DNA from: Micavibrio sp.
GTDB taxonomy: Bacteria; Pseudomonadota; Alphaproteobacteria; UBA2400
Length of the DNA stretch: 64,000 nt
Reading direction: 5' to 3'
NCBI GenBank assembly: GCA_040376705.1
Contig: JBEIQE010000004.1
Coordinates: forward strand, 4,255 to 68,254
Shown: one piece after another, positions 20,566-30,751 of the stretch
How the letters are laid out: each line of letters begins with the position of its first letter
How positions within the stretch are numbered: position 1 is the stretch's first letter
Notes under the pieces: model-generated
The model's input: only the letters and a program-made list of their open reading frames with translations
What the model was told of the DNA's origin: nothing
The model's database searches: none
Position numbers and translations under genes: made by a program

Positions 20566-21391
20566 GGCTTACTCCTGTGGCATAGGTCTTTAAAAACTCG
20601 AGCATCTGTGGCTGGAACTGCTCGCGGCGGTAGTTTACATGATAAGCATCATCAATCCAGATATTCACTTTGGGCTGGTTGGCAGCATTAAACAAGGCTT
20701 CGGCCTGCGCAAACGGAATGATCTGATCAAGCCGCCCCATGACCATTAGGACAGGCGCTTTTACATCCTTGATAATACTCAGACTATCGAAACGGTCTTT
20801 CATCAGGTAACGCACTGGCGCAAACGGGAAGCGCCATGCGGCCACTTCCATCACACTGCTGTAGGGCGAAAATAAAACCACCGACTGTACATTATATTCA
20901 GTTGCCATGCGCAGCGCGATGCCGCTACCGAGCGAAACGCCAAGCAGGCTGATCCGCTGACCTTGCGATTTAACATAATCGAGACTGGCGCGCGCATCCT
21001 TATACACATTCTCCTCGGTAGGAGAGCCGGGATCGCCACTATAGCCGCGGTAGTTTGCCATCAAAACGCCGAAGCCATTATCAAGCAACCAGCGCGCGGT
21101 ACCTCGGTGCGATGACAGGAAATCTCCCTGCCCATAAAAGATAACCACTACCAGCAAAGCTGCATCGCGCGGCGGCGCATACCAGTTATGCAACACCAGC
21201 CCGTCAGCGGTTGTGACCCTGATCACCTGCATCTCGGGCACCAGCGCCTCTGCCGGGGTAGGTATTGTACGGTCAACAAATCGCACAAACAACAAGTCAC
21301 GCTGGAAGAAATACAAGAGACTGACAATGACGATATAAAGCGTGAGTACAAAACTCAGCAAAAACTTAACGACATTAAGCCAGCTCTTCAT
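20546..21391 (-). CDS. membrane-anchored alpha/beta hydrolase (paralog A)
   Basis: N-terminal TM helix followed by an alpha/beta hydrolase fold with the nucleophile elbow GVSLGSG. It is 4-nt-coupled to paralog B. Confidence 0.8.
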   Translation of the reverse strand: MKSWLNVVKFLLSFVLTLYIVIVSLLYFFQRDLLFVRFVDRTIPTPAEALVPEMQVIRVTTADGLVLHNWYAPPRDAALLVVVIFYGQGDFLSSHRGTARWLLDNGFGVLMANYRGYSGDPGSPTEENVYKDARASLDYVKSQGQRISLLGVSLGSGIALRMATEYNVQSVVLFSPYSSVMEVAAWRFPFAPVRYLMKDRFDSLSIIKDVKAPVLMVMGRLDQIIPFAQAEALFNAANQPKVNIWIDDAYHVNYRREQFQPQMLEFLKTYATGVSHENPQQ

Positions 21392-22218
21392 CGCGCCTCA
21401 CCGGTATGCTTTTGCAGGAACTGAACGATTTGCGGCCAGCCACCGTATCTGTAATAATCGTTATGGTGAGCACCGGGCAGCCAGATAGCCTCCTTAGGCT
21501 CATTGGCGGCAGCAAAAATGCGTCTGCCCTGCTCGACCGGTACCACTTCATCTTCCTCGCCCTGAATGACAAAGACCGGCGCCTTGATCTGGCCGATTTT
21601 GCTCAGGCTATCGAACCGGTCCAGCAGAAGCCAGCGTACCGGCACAAAGAAGTAATGATAGGCCGCCGCATCGACCATGCTGGTATAGGGTGTCTCGAGA
21701 ATGAGGGCTTCAACCGGGTATTCGGTCGCAATCTGCACCGCCACGCCCGAGCCCAGCGACTGGCCCATGAGGAAGAAGCTATAACCCTTGGACTTCAGCC
21801 AATCGAGGTTGGCGCGCGCATCGTTGTACAGGCCTGTTTCACTGGGTGAGCCAGGATTGCGGTCATACCCGCGATAGCTGACCAGCAATACGCCATAACC
21901 AAGGTCAAGCAGCGCCCGGGCTTCATTCGCGCGCGAGGCCATATAAGCACCATTACCATAAAATAGCACACCTACTGGCTTGCCAGCGTCACGCGGCGGC
22001 GCAAACCAGTGCTTTAAGACCACTCCGTCAACTGTAGTGACTTCGCCTAGCTGCGCCTCAGGCAGATTGCGCGGCTGCAAAGCGCCGTCCACATCGGGCG
22101 GCATGAACAACAGGCTGCGCTGCAACACAAAAAGTACGCCAACCATCACCGCATAAGCGACAACTACAGTCTGTAAAAACTTCAGCATTACGCAGCCTCT
22201 CCTGCTTGCAACCGCCAC
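21388..22218 (-). CDS. membrane-anchored alpha/beta hydrolase (paralog B)
   Basis: Same architecture as paralog A, with elbow GQSLGSG and similar length. Confidence 0.8.
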   Translation of the reverse strand: MAVASRRGCVMLKFLQTVVVAYAVMVGVLFVLQRSLLFMPPDVDGALQPRNLPEAQLGEVTTVDGVVLKHWFAPPRDAGKPVGVLFYGNGAYMASRANEARALLDLGYGVLLVSYRGYDRNPGSPSETGLYNDARANLDWLKSKGYSFFLMGQSLGSGVAVQIATEYPVEALILETPYTSMVDAAAYHYFFVPVRWLLLDRFDSLSKIGQIKAPVFVIQGEEDEVVPVEQGRRIFAAANEPKEAIWLPGAHHNDYYRYGGWPQIVQFLQKHTGEAR

Positions 22219-23948
22219 AGGCGCGAATAGAGCCCGCCCTTCTGAAGAAGTACGTCGTGCGAGCCGGTTTCGACTACACGTCCATTCTCCATTACGTAAA
22301 TAATGTCGGCATTGCTGATGGTCGAGAGGCGGTGCGCAATGGCAATGGTCGTGCGGCCCTTCTGCAGCTCGTTAAGGGCGGATTGCACGGCGCGCTCCGA
22401 CTCACTATCGAGTGCCGAGGTTGCCTCATCGAGCAGCAATATCGGTGCATCGCGCAGCATCGCACGGGCGATGGAGAGGCGCTGGCGCTGTCCGCCTGAA
22501 AGGCGTGTGCCGTTCTCACCCACCATTGTATCGTAGCCCTGCGGTAAGCTAAGGATAAAGTCATGCGCATAAGCTGCCTTGGCCGCGTTATAAACATCCT
22601 CATCGCTGGCATGTTCGCTGCCATAACGGATATTAGCTTTAATCGTATCGTCGAATATCGCTACTTCCTGCGAAACAAGCGCGAAGCAGGCGCGCAGGCT
22701 TTCCATCGTCACATCGCGGATATCCTGCCCGCTCACCTTCACGCAGCCCCCCTGCACATCGTAAAGGCGCAGCACAAGGTTGAGGATGGAGGACTTACCC
22801 GCACCCGACGGGCCAACCAGCGCAATCGTTTTACCCGCTGGCGCCTTGATGCTTACTTTGTTCAGAATGTCCTGATCCCCCTGATAGGCGAAGGTGACAT
22901 TCTCAAGCTCAACTGCGGGCTCAGCGAGTACCAGTGCGGGCGCGTCCGGCTTGTTCTGGATTGCTGGCGCCTCATCCAGCGCGGCAAACACGCGCTCGGC
23001 TGCAGCCAGGCCAGCCTGCATCTGTGCGTTCAGCTTGGTCAGCTTCTTGATGGGTTCATACGCCAGCAGAAACGCCGTGATGAACGAGAAGAGCGCGCCC
23101 GGCGTGCTGTTACCAGCCATCACCTGCATGCCGCCATAAGCGATAACTGTAACAATAGCGATACCGCTCAGCATTTCATTGATCGGACCAGTGGAGTTGG
23201 CGACGCGGAACGACTTGGTCGAGAGGCGATAGATCTGCTCGACCATCGCGCCGATGCGGCCTTCTTCAAACTTCTCGGTGCCATAAGCCTTCACCTGCCG
23301 CGCCGCGACAAAAGTTTGCCCCATGATAGACGAGAGCTGACCTACAGATTCCTGTGTTTGCGACCAGACACGGCGCAGGCGCTTGGCAATGCGCGCTACA
23401 AAGAAAGCCGCCAGCGGGAATGCGATAAACGAGATGGTGGCCAACAGCCAGTCGCGCCAGAACATCACGCCGATAAGAATAATCAGTGTCAGCATGCTCG
23501 AGCCGATACCGGCCAGGCTTTCGCCAATTGCAAGGCGCATGACCTGCACGTCATTAATCACGCGCGAGAGCAGCTGGCCTGAGGCATTGGTATGCAGGTA
23601 AGCAAGGTCAGCTCTTATAAGGTGACTATAGAGCTGGCGCTGGGCAGCAGCGACGATACGCTGGCCCACATCGTTCATCTTCACCGCCTGCATGTAGCTG
23701 GCAAAGCCACGCAGCGCGAAAGCCGCAAATACAGCAGCTGCAACTTCAAGCAGGCGGGCTTTATCATGCGCCTGAAACACATCATCGATAATCGGCTGCA
23801 TGAGAGCCGCCAAAGCGCCGGTCATCGCCGCAGCCAAAGCCATATAACCAAAGCCCACCATGAGCAGACGCAAGTGCGGCCGCAAATAATTATGGATGAG
23901 CCGCTTGAGCAGGATTTTAGCGGGAGTGTTTGTGTTGCTGCGGTGCAT
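22188..23948 (-). CDS. ABC exporter, fused permease-ATPase (MsbA-like)
   Basis: 586 aa with a six-TM N-terminal domain, Walker A GPSGAGKSS, signature LSGGQRQRLSIARAML and Walker B ILLLDEATSALD. Confidence 0.9.
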   Translation of the reverse strand: MHRSNTNTPAKILLKRLIHNYLRPHLRLLMVGFGYMALAAAMTGALAALMQPIIDDVFQAHDKARLLEVAAAVFAAFALRGFASYMQAVKMNDVGQRIVAAAQRQLYSHLIRADLAYLHTNASGQLLSRVINDVQVMRLAIGESLAGIGSSMLTLIILIGVMFWRDWLLATISFIAFPLAAFFVARIAKRLRRVWSQTQESVGQLSSIMGQTFVAARQVKAYGTEKFEEGRIGAMVEQIYRLSTKSFRVANSTGPINEMLSGIAIVTVIAYGGMQVMAGNSTPGALFSFITAFLLAYEPIKKLTKLNAQMQAGLAAAERVFAALDEAPAIQNKPDAPALVLAEPAVELENVTFAYQGDQDILNKVSIKAPAGKTIALVGPSGAGKSSILNLVLRLYDVQGGCVKVSGQDIRDVTMESLRACFALVSQEVAIFDDTIKANIRYGSEHASDEDVYNAAKAAYAHDFILSLPQGYDTMVGENGTRLSGGQRQRLSIARAMLRDAPILLLDEATSALDSESERAVQSALNELQKGRTTIAIAHRLSTISNADIIYVMENGRVVETGSHDVLLQKGGLYSRLWRLQAGEAA

Positions 23949-24010
23949 TAAACGTTAAGTCCATTCATTAGGTTGAAACTTTATTAACCATAGAGAGCCA
24001 AACTAAGCAA

Positions 24011-25018
24011 ATGGGGCTATTTTCACGTAAGTCTGGTGGGTCGTCCACCTCCACGCCGTCGCAGCCGGAGTCGCCAGTCGAACCACCGCGTCCACGCATC
24101 GGTCTTGCCCTTGGCAGCGGCGTTGCCCGCGGCTGGGGCCATATTGGCGTGCTCAAAGCCCTGCATAACCTCGGTTTCCGGCCTGACGTAGTGGCAGGTA
24201 CATCCGTTGGCGCACTGGTGGGTGCTGCCTATCTCATCTCCCGCCTTGACGTGCTGGAAGACTGGACTCGGGACCTTACCAAGCTCCGCATCGTCCGCCT
24301 GCTCGACTTCAAGATGCGGGCTGGCGGCCTTGTGGGCGGCCAGAAGCTGGTCAACGAAATGCTCGAGCATTTTGGCGATGTGAACATCGAAGATCTGCCC
24401 ATTCCCTTTATCGCGGTAGCGACCGATCTGCTCACCGGCCACGAAGTATGGATTAAAAAGGGCCGCGTGGTGGATGCCGTACGCGCCTCTTTCTCCATTC
24501 CCGGTATTTTCAAGCCCGCACAGATTGACGGACGCTGGCTGGTAGATGGGGCGTTGACCAACCCGCTGCCCGTCTCGGTCTGCCGCGCGATGGACTGCCA
24601 GTGCGTTATCGCCATCAACCTGACCGGCGACATGATTGGCCGCAACAAGGCGCCGGGAGCCGATATCCCCTCTGCTGCCGGATTCGACCTGCTGCCCTTC
24701 ATGGCCGACTCCGGTATGGAAGACCGCCTCTCGATGCTCGACCCCTTTACCAAAAAGGTGTTCAAGCGCGAAGATAAAGAGCCCTCCATGTTCGGTGTCA
24801 TGACCGCTTCGCTCAGTATTATTCTCGATCGTATCACCCGCCAGCGCTTGGCAGGCGATCCGCCAGATGTGCATATCGCCCCCCGTTTGGGCCATATCGG
24901 CCTTCTGGAGTTCGACCGTGCCGCCGAAGCGATTGCCGAAGGCGAAGCCGCAGTCGAACGCGCCAAACCCTGGCTGCTCGACGCGATGGAACTGTTTAAT
25001 TTGCAGCCGCGCCGATAG
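24011..25018 (+). CDS. patatin-like phospholipase
   Basis: Oxyanion-hole GSGVARG, nucleophile GTSVGA and catalytic DGA in the motif LVDGALTNPLP. Confidence 0.85.
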   Translation: MGLFSRKSGGSSTSTPSQPESPVEPPRPRIGLALGSGVARGWGHIGVLKALHNLGFRPDVVAGTSVGALVGAAYLISRLDVLEDWTRDLTKLRIVRLLDFKMRAGGLVGGQKLVNEMLEHFGDVNIEDLPIPFIAVATDLLTGHEVWIKKGRVVDAVRASFSIPGIFKPAQIDGRWLVDGALTNPLPVSVCRAMDCQCVIAINLTGDMIGRNKAPGADIPSAAGFDLLPFMADSGMEDRLSMLDPFTKKVFKREDKEPSMFGVMTASLSIILDRITRQRLAGDPPDVHIAPRLGHIGLLEFDRAAEAIAEGEAAVERAKPWLLDAMELFNLQPRR

Positions 25019-25037
25019 GCATATATAAGGTCACCTG

Positions 25038-26486
25038 ATGCTGACCTTTATTCGCCCCGTCCTGTACCTCGCCGGCATGATGCAGCTGATTGTTGCCGGC
25101 ATGATGCTTATCCCTTGCCTGCTCGAAACTTTAAGTCGCGGGCCGGATGCGCAGGCCTTTTTTGACAGCGCGGTGATTACCGGTTTTATTTCCTTATCGC
25201 TTATTCTTGCCATGAAAAGTGATATACGCAGCCTCAATGTAAAGCAGATGTTCCTACTCGTTACGACCACGTGGATCATCACCTGTGTAACTTGCGCCTT
25301 ACCTTTCATGACGACCATCGCCCAAATGAGCTTCACTGACGCCTTCTTTGAAGCGACATCGGGGATTACCACAACCGGCTCAACAGTAATGACCGGGCTC
25401 AACGATATGCCAGGCGGCATTCTGCTCTGGCGCTCGTTGCTGCAGTGGGTTGGTGGTATCGGTATTGTCGGTATCGCGATTGTACTTTTCCCGTTCATGC
25501 GGATTGGCGGCATGCAGCTTTTCAAATCCGAAAGCTCCGAGAAAGGTGAGAAGGTTATCGCACAGGCCAAGATTTTTGCGGCCTCGCTTATCGGGGTTTA
25601 TTTGCTCATTTCAATAACTTCGGCAGTTATTTTCCGCTTGGCAGGTATGGACTGGTTTGACGCCATCAACCACATGATGACTGGCGTTTCAACTGGCGGA
25701 CTCTCAACTAAAGACAGCTCAATAGGCTACTACAACAGCATTCCAATTATTTGGGCTGCGGTGTTTACGATGATTATGGGGGCACTGCCCTTCACCTGGT
25801 ACATGAAGCTTACAGTCGATTTTAACTCTGCCTTGGGTGACCGTCAGGTCAAAGCCGTACTAAGCTGCATGCTTTTAAGTGTTCTGGTAATGACAGCATG
25901 GGTAGCCAGTTATATGGATATGCCCATAAGCTGGGCGCTCTCCCATGCGGCGCTTAACGTTGTCTCGATCATGACAACAACCGGTTTTGTCTCTGATGAT
26001 TACACAACATGGGGCGGTTTCGCTGTTATGGCATTTTTCTGCCTCTGCTTTATTGGCGGCAGTACAGGATCAACAACAGGATCCATCAAACTGTTCCGCT
26101 GGCAGATATTCTTCTCTTCAGTCCGCCAGCAGCTACTTAAAATGATGCTACCTCATCGAGTCATACCGGTAAGATTCAACTCCAAATGCGTGAGTGATGA
26201 AGTTAAAGACGCAGTTGCTAATTTTATTATCCTGTTCTTCCTTTCATGGCTCATCATATCGCTGGCTTTAGCCATGACCGGGCTTGATTTCGTAACAGCT
26301 CTTACGGGCTCCTTGAGCTCGCTCTCCAATGTTGGCCCCGGCTTTGGTGATATCATCGGCCCAGCGGGTAGCTTCGCCCCGCTTAACGATGTGGCCAAGT
26401 GGATTTGCGCATTTGCCATGATTCTCGGCCGTCTCGAAATTCTGGCTGTAATCATGGTATTCACCCGCTCCTTCTGGCGTGACTAA
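25038..26486 (+). CDS. trkH: TrkH-family potassium uptake protein
   Basis: 482-aa polytopic membrane protein with TrkH/KtrB selectivity-filter-like repeats (TTTGF; STGGLS). Confidence 0.88.
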   Translation: MLTFIRPVLYLAGMMQLIVAGMMLIPCLLETLSRGPDAQAFFDSAVITGFISLSLILAMKSDIRSLNVKQMFLLVTTTWIITCVTCALPFMTTIAQMSFTDAFFEATSGITTTGSTVMTGLNDMPGGILLWRSLLQWVGGIGIVGIAIVLFPFMRIGGMQLFKSESSEKGEKVIAQAKIFAASLIGVYLLISITSAVIFRLAGMDWFDAINHMMTGVSTGGLSTKDSSIGYYNSIPIIWAAVFTMIMGALPFTWYMKLTVDFNSALGDRQVKAVLSCMLLSVLVMTAWVASYMDMPISWALSHAALNVVSIMTTTGFVSDDYTTWGGFAVMAFFCLCFIGGSTGSTTGSIKLFRWQIFFSSVRQQLLKMMLPHRVIPVRFNSKCVSDEVKDAVANFIILFFLSWLIISLALAMTGLDFVTALTGSLSSLSNVGPGFGDIIGPAGSFAPLNDVAKWICAFAMILGRLEILAVIMVFTRSFWRD

Positions 26487-26602
26487 AACGCAACAGTAGA
26501 TTGTGCGAAAGCTGATTGTGCTATTGCGCTATCCTGCAGGGCAGTTATCCTCTTACGTGAAAGAGCTGGAAAAATCCGGCCGTCAACTCTAGGGGAGTTA
26601 CT

Positions 26603-28417
26603 ATGCGCTGTTCCAAGCTTGCCATTCTTACCGCACTCGGCCTTATCTCTGCATTACCTGCAACAGCTGCCGACTGGCAAGCTGGTGATACAAGCATCCG
26701 CCTCGATACCACTGTCTCGGTCGGCTCGAGCTTCCGTGTGCAAGAGCGCGACGAAAAGATTGTCGGTATCGCTAATGGCGGCACCGCCCGTTCGATCAAC
26801 GGCGACGATGGTAACCTCAATTACGACCCGGGCCTCATCGCTCTGGCTGCCCGTGCAACGCACGAACTCTCGATTGAGCGCGATAACATTGGTGCCTTCA
26901 CCCGCCTCACCTACTTCTACGATGTCTTGAACGCGCAGAAAGACTCAACCGACTTCCGCGACCTCTCCAACAAGGCTGTTGATCAGGCTGGTTACGATAT
27001 CGATCTGCTCGATGCTTATATCTACGGTAATACTGAAGTTTTCGACCGCCGTGTTGACATGCGCCTTGGTCGTCAGGTGATGAACTGGGGCGAAAGCACC
27101 TTCATTCCTAACGGTATTAACGCCATCAACCCGTTCGACCTTTCGGCCCTGCGCGTGCCCGGCTCGGAGCTGCGCGAAGGCCTGCTGCCGGTTGAAGCTG
27201 TGAACATGAACGCACAGGTGAGCGATAACGTCAGCCTCGAAGGTTTCTACCAGCTGCTGTGGCATGAGACCAAGCTTGACGCCACCGGTACATACTTCAG
27301 CACCAGCGATATTGCTGCACCGGGCGGTAATAACGTCTACCTCGGTTTTGGTTCGGCTGGCGTGCCCGATAGCCCCACATTCAACGGCCCTGCCGCCGCT
27401 TGCCCTGTAGGTTGCCGCGTACAGCGCTCGGGTACCGATACGCCCAAGGATGAAGGCCAGTTTGGTGCCGCCCTGCGTTACTTCGCATCATGGCTCAACG
27501 ACAGTGAGTTTGCACTCTATGGTATGCAGTACCATAGCCGCGTTCCTGTTATTAATGCGCACACTGGCACTCTGGCCGGTCTTGTTGGCGGCAACTACGC
27601 GCTTTCAGCCGATTATAACCTCGAGTATCCGGAAGATGTGAAGCTCGGCGGTGCCAGCTTCAGCACTTCACTCGGCCTCATCTCACTGCAGGGCGAGTAC
27701 GCTCTGCGTGTTGATCAGCCCTTGCAGATCGACGACGTAGAAATTCTGCAGGCTGCTCTGGCTCCTGCTGCTGTGGCCGCGGCTGCTCCGGGTGCAGTGC
27801 GAAATGCTACCGCCGCAGCCTTCAGCACCAACCAGATCATCCGCCGCATGGGTGGTATTTCAGCTGCAAACTTCACCACCTTCTTCGACCGCGATATTAA
27901 AGGTTATATTAACCGTAGTGTCTCATCGAGCACCATGTCGGCCACCCGTGCCTTTGGCCCGGCTTTCGGTTCGGACCAGTGGCTCCTGCTGGGCGAAGTT
28001 GGTGCAACATTCGTTCATGATATGCCGGACAAGGATGAGCTGCGCCTTGAGGGTGCAGGCACATACACAGGCGGTAACCCCACGCTTGCCGGTGCCGAAG
28101 GTACTGAATCCCGTAAAGGTTTTGCCGATCGCTTCTCTTGGGGCTATCGCGTAACCGCTCGTTTCGACTTCCTTAACGCGCTCGGGCCCATTAACCTTTT
28201 CCCACGCGTCAGCTTCCAGCACGATGTGAACGGAACCACTCCTTCACCATTGGCGACGTATCTTGAAGGACGCAAGGCAGTAAGTCTGGGTATTGGTGCC
28301 ACCTACCAGCAGAACTGGTCGGCCGACATCCAGTACACGAACTTCTTTGGTGGCGGTAATTACAACCTGATCAACGACCGCGACTTCGTATCAGTTAATG
28401 TAAAGTACTCGTTCTAA
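26603..28417 (+). CDS. DUF1302-family outer-membrane protein
   Basis: Signal peptide, a beta-rich 604-aa protein with a terminal aromatic residue (…KYSF), and the typical position upstream of DUF1329. Confidence 0.7.
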   Translation: MRCSKLAILTALGLISALPATAADWQAGDTSIRLDTTVSVGSSFRVQERDEKIVGIANGGTARSINGDDGNLNYDPGLIALAARATHELSIERDNIGAFTRLTYFYDVLNAQKDSTDFRDLSNKAVDQAGYDIDLLDAYIYGNTEVFDRRVDMRLGRQVMNWGESTFIPNGINAINPFDLSALRVPGSELREGLLPVEAVNMNAQVSDNVSLEGFYQLLWHETKLDATGTYFSTSDIAAPGGNNVYLGFGSAGVPDSPTFNGPAAACPVGCRVQRSGTDTPKDEGQFGAALRYFASWLNDSEFALYGMQYHSRVPVINAHTGTLAGLVGGNYALSADYNLEYPEDVKLGGASFSTSLGLISLQGEYALRVDQPLQIDDVEILQAALAPAAVAAAAPGAVRNATAAAFSTNQIIRRMGGISAANFTTFFDRDIKGYINRSVSSSTMSATRAFGPAFGSDQWLLLGEVGATFVHDMPDKDELRLEGAGTYTGGNPTLAGAEGTESRKGFADRFSWGYRVTARFDFLNALGPINLFPRVSFQHDVNGTTPSPLATYLEGRKAVSLGIGATYQQNWSADIQYTNFFGGGNYNLINDRDFVSVNVKYSF

Positions 28418-28440
28418 AAATATATCGGGAGGAACCGCAA

Positions 28441-29745
28441 ATGAAACTGTCACGCTTCTGGCTGGCGAGCGCGCTCGTCATCACTCTTGCTCCGGCTGCC
28501 TTGGCCAGCGAAACACCGCTTGGCGCGATTAAAGAAGGTAATGCCGATGGTACCATCCCGGCATGGACTGGTGGCATCACAACTCCGCCTGCGGGTTATA
28601 CCCCCGGCATGCATCACCCTGACCCGTTTGCAGCTGATGCCATCAAGATCACAATTGATGCCAGCAATTACACGCAGTATGCCGACAAGCTGACCGCCGG
28701 TAATATCGCGATGTTCAAGCGCTATCCCGACTTCAAGATGAATATCTACCCCACGCGCCGCAGTGCCTCGTACCCGTCTGAGGTTTATGAAGCCCTGCGC
28801 AGCAACGCCAGCAGCGCGCGTCTCATTAACAATGGTAACGGCGTTGAGGGTGCAACCCTCACCTCGGCCTTCCCCAACCCCAAGAGCGGTGTTGAGGCGG
28901 TATGGAACCACCTGCTACGTTTCCGCGGCTATGGCTTCGATCGCACAGTCGGTCAGGCCAACCCGACCGCAGATGGCGGCTATACGATGATCACGATCAA
29001 CGAGAAATCGCTATTCGCCTATTCATCCGGCCTTGGCGGTAACACGCTGCTCTACTTCATCCAGACCATTATGTCGCCCGCCCGCCTTGCAGGCGAAATC
29101 CTGCTGGTGCACGACACCATGGACCAGGTCAAGGAACCCCGCTCGGCTTGGACCTATAACCCCGGTCAGCGCCGCGTGCGTCGTGCGCCAAACATCGCCT
29201 ACGACAATCCGGGCACAGCGGCTGATGGTCTGCGTACCAGCGATCAGCTTGACGTGTTTAACGGCGCGGTTGACCGCTACGACTGGAACCTTGTTGGCCG
29301 TAAGGAAATCTACGTTCCCTATAACGCCTACAAGCTGCATAGCGACAGCGTAAAGTATCGTGACATTATCCAGAAGAGCCACCTCAATCCTGACCTGCTG
29401 CGTTATGAGCTGCATCGCGTATGGGTGGTTGAAGCTACAGTTAAGCCCGGTACCAGCCATATCTATGCTAAACGCACCATGTATATCGATGAGGACAGCT
29501 GGCAGATTGTAAGCATGGACCTTTACGATAGCCGTGGCCAGATCTGGCGCGTGATGGAATCGCACTGCATCAACTACTACGATGTGCCGGTGTTCTGGTC
29601 GACGCTTGATGTGTCTTATGATCTGCAATCTGGCCGTTACACCGCCATTGGCTTTGATAACGAAGGCCCGATGTACGACTTCAGCGTACGTCTGAAGCCG
29701 GAGGATTTCAGCCCAAATGCGATGCGGGTTGAGGGAACGCGCTAA
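28441..29745 (+). CDS. DUF1329-family periplasmic protein (LolA-like)
   Basis: Signal peptide and the family-typical motif GTIPAWTGG close to the N-terminus. 434 aa. Confidence 0.7.
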   Translation: MKLSRFWLASALVITLAPAALASETPLGAIKEGNADGTIPAWTGGITTPPAGYTPGMHHPDPFAADAIKITIDASNYTQYADKLTAGNIAMFKRYPDFKMNIYPTRRSASYPSEVYEALRSNASSARLINNGNGVEGATLTSAFPNPKSGVEAVWNHLLRFRGYGFDRTVGQANPTADGGYTMITINEKSLFAYSSGLGGNTLLYFIQTIMSPARLAGEILLVHDTMDQVKEPRSAWTYNPGQRRVRRAPNIAYDNPGTAADGLRTSDQLDVFNGAVDRYDWNLVGRKEIYVPYNAYKLHSDSVKYRDIIQKSHLNPDLLRYELHRVWVVEATVKPGTSHIYAKRTMYIDEDSWQIVSMDLYDSRGQIWRVMESHCINYYDVPVFWSTLDVSYDLQSGRYTAIGFDNEGPMYDFSVRLKPEDFSPNAMRVEGTR

Positions 29746-29755
29746 GCTGGTTCTC

Positions 29756-30751
29756 ATGCACCAATCGCCCCCACCTTCTATCCTCTCCTGCTTGCGGGAA
29801 AAGATAGGGGTGGGGGTTTTTGTTTTAGCTCTGCTGGCTCCCCCTCTGGCTTTGGCCGAAAGTTCTGCCCCCGCCCGCCTTGCCGACAAGTCATTGTTGC
29901 TCGATGTCACCACCAGCGGTACGTCGCTCATCACTGTTGGCGAACGCGGCCATGTACTGCGTTCGGTCGATAATGGTGCATCCTGGCAGCAGGTTATTAC
30001 TCCCACCCGTGCCCTGCTTACTGCCGTAACTTTTACTGATACCCAGCACGGCTGGGCTGTGGGCCAGAACGCGACCATCCTCGCCACCACTGATGGCGGC
30101 AGCACATGGACCCAGCAGTTTGAATCCAGCCAGTTACCTGAAGATGATACAGCGGCAGATTCCCCGCTCCTCAACATCAGCTGCAGCAGTACCACCAGCT
30201 GCGCGGCTACCGGCGCTTATGGCTTGTTCCTGCGCACGACTGACGGCGGCACCACATGGGAGCGGCTATACGTCAAAGAAAGCGATAGCAACTTTTATGC
30301 AGTGAAGATGCTTGATGACCAGCGGATTATTATAGCTGGCGAATCTGGCGCCCTGCTCGAAAGCACTACCGGCGGGGCCGATTGGGTTTCGCTGATGACC
30401 CCTTATGATGGCTCTTTCTTTGGCCTCCTTAGCCTGCCTGATGGCAGCTGGTTGCTGTTTGGCCTGCGTGGAAATATCCTGCGCTCGGCTGATCAGGGCG
30501 CTAATTGGCAGAAGATTGAAACCGGCGTGGATAGCGGCCTGATGGGCGGGCAAGTGCTGGCAGATGGCCGTGTTGCCATTGTAGGCGCTAGCGGCGTTGT
30601 GCTGCTCAGCAGCGATAACGGCCAAAGCTTTACCCTGCAACGCCAGACCACCCGCACCGCCCTTGCCAGCATCATCGCTACGCCAAACGGCAGCCTGTTA
30701 CTGTTCGGCGAAAAGGGCGTTCAGCCGATTGAGGCCCCCAATGCTCGCTAA
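29756..30751 (+). CDS. BNR/Ycf48-like beta-propeller protein
   Basis: Repeated S/T-x-D-G-G-x-T-W motifs (TDGGSTWTQ, TDGGTTWERL, TTGGADW, ADQGANWQK, SDNGQSF). The start is chosen at the first ATG after the DUF1329 stop. Confidence 0.7.
   Translation: MHQSPPPSILSCLREKIGVGVFVLALLAPPLALAESSAPARLADKSLLLDVTTSGTSLITVGERGHVLRSVDNGASWQQVITPTRALLTAVTFTDTQHGWAVGQNATILATTDGGSTWTQQFESSQLPEDDTAADSPLLNISCSSTTSCAATGAYGLFLRTTDGGTTWERLYVKESDSNFYAVKMLDDQRIIIAGESGALLESTTGGADWVSLMTPYDGSFFGLLSLPDGSWLLFGLRGNILRSADQGANWQKIETGVDSGLMGGQVLADGRVAIVGASGVVLLSSDNGQSFTLQRQTTRTALASIIATPNGSLLLFGEKGVQPIEAPNAR

Noticed and set aside
22563-23582. Long + strand ORFs antisense to the ABC exporter (also 23383..23601 and 23592..23951)
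   Set aside because: These are high-GC antisense artefacts. The minus-strand frame carries complete Walker/ABC signature motifs.
29023-30195. 390-aa minus ORF overlapping the DUF1329 and BNR genes. The same pattern occurs at 30678..31607, 53856..55127, 62096..63400, 10972..11715, 43999..44724 and 24023..24966
   Set aside because: All lie antisense to genes with strong family signatures. They have no RBS or start context, and their Arg/Ala-rich composition is typical of GC-rich shadow ORFs.
30597-30740. Upstream 48-codon extension of the RND gene
   Set aside because: It overlaps the BNR-propeller gene by 150 nt. The MLANAF start at 30741 gives a typical RND N-terminus and an 11-nt coupling overlap.
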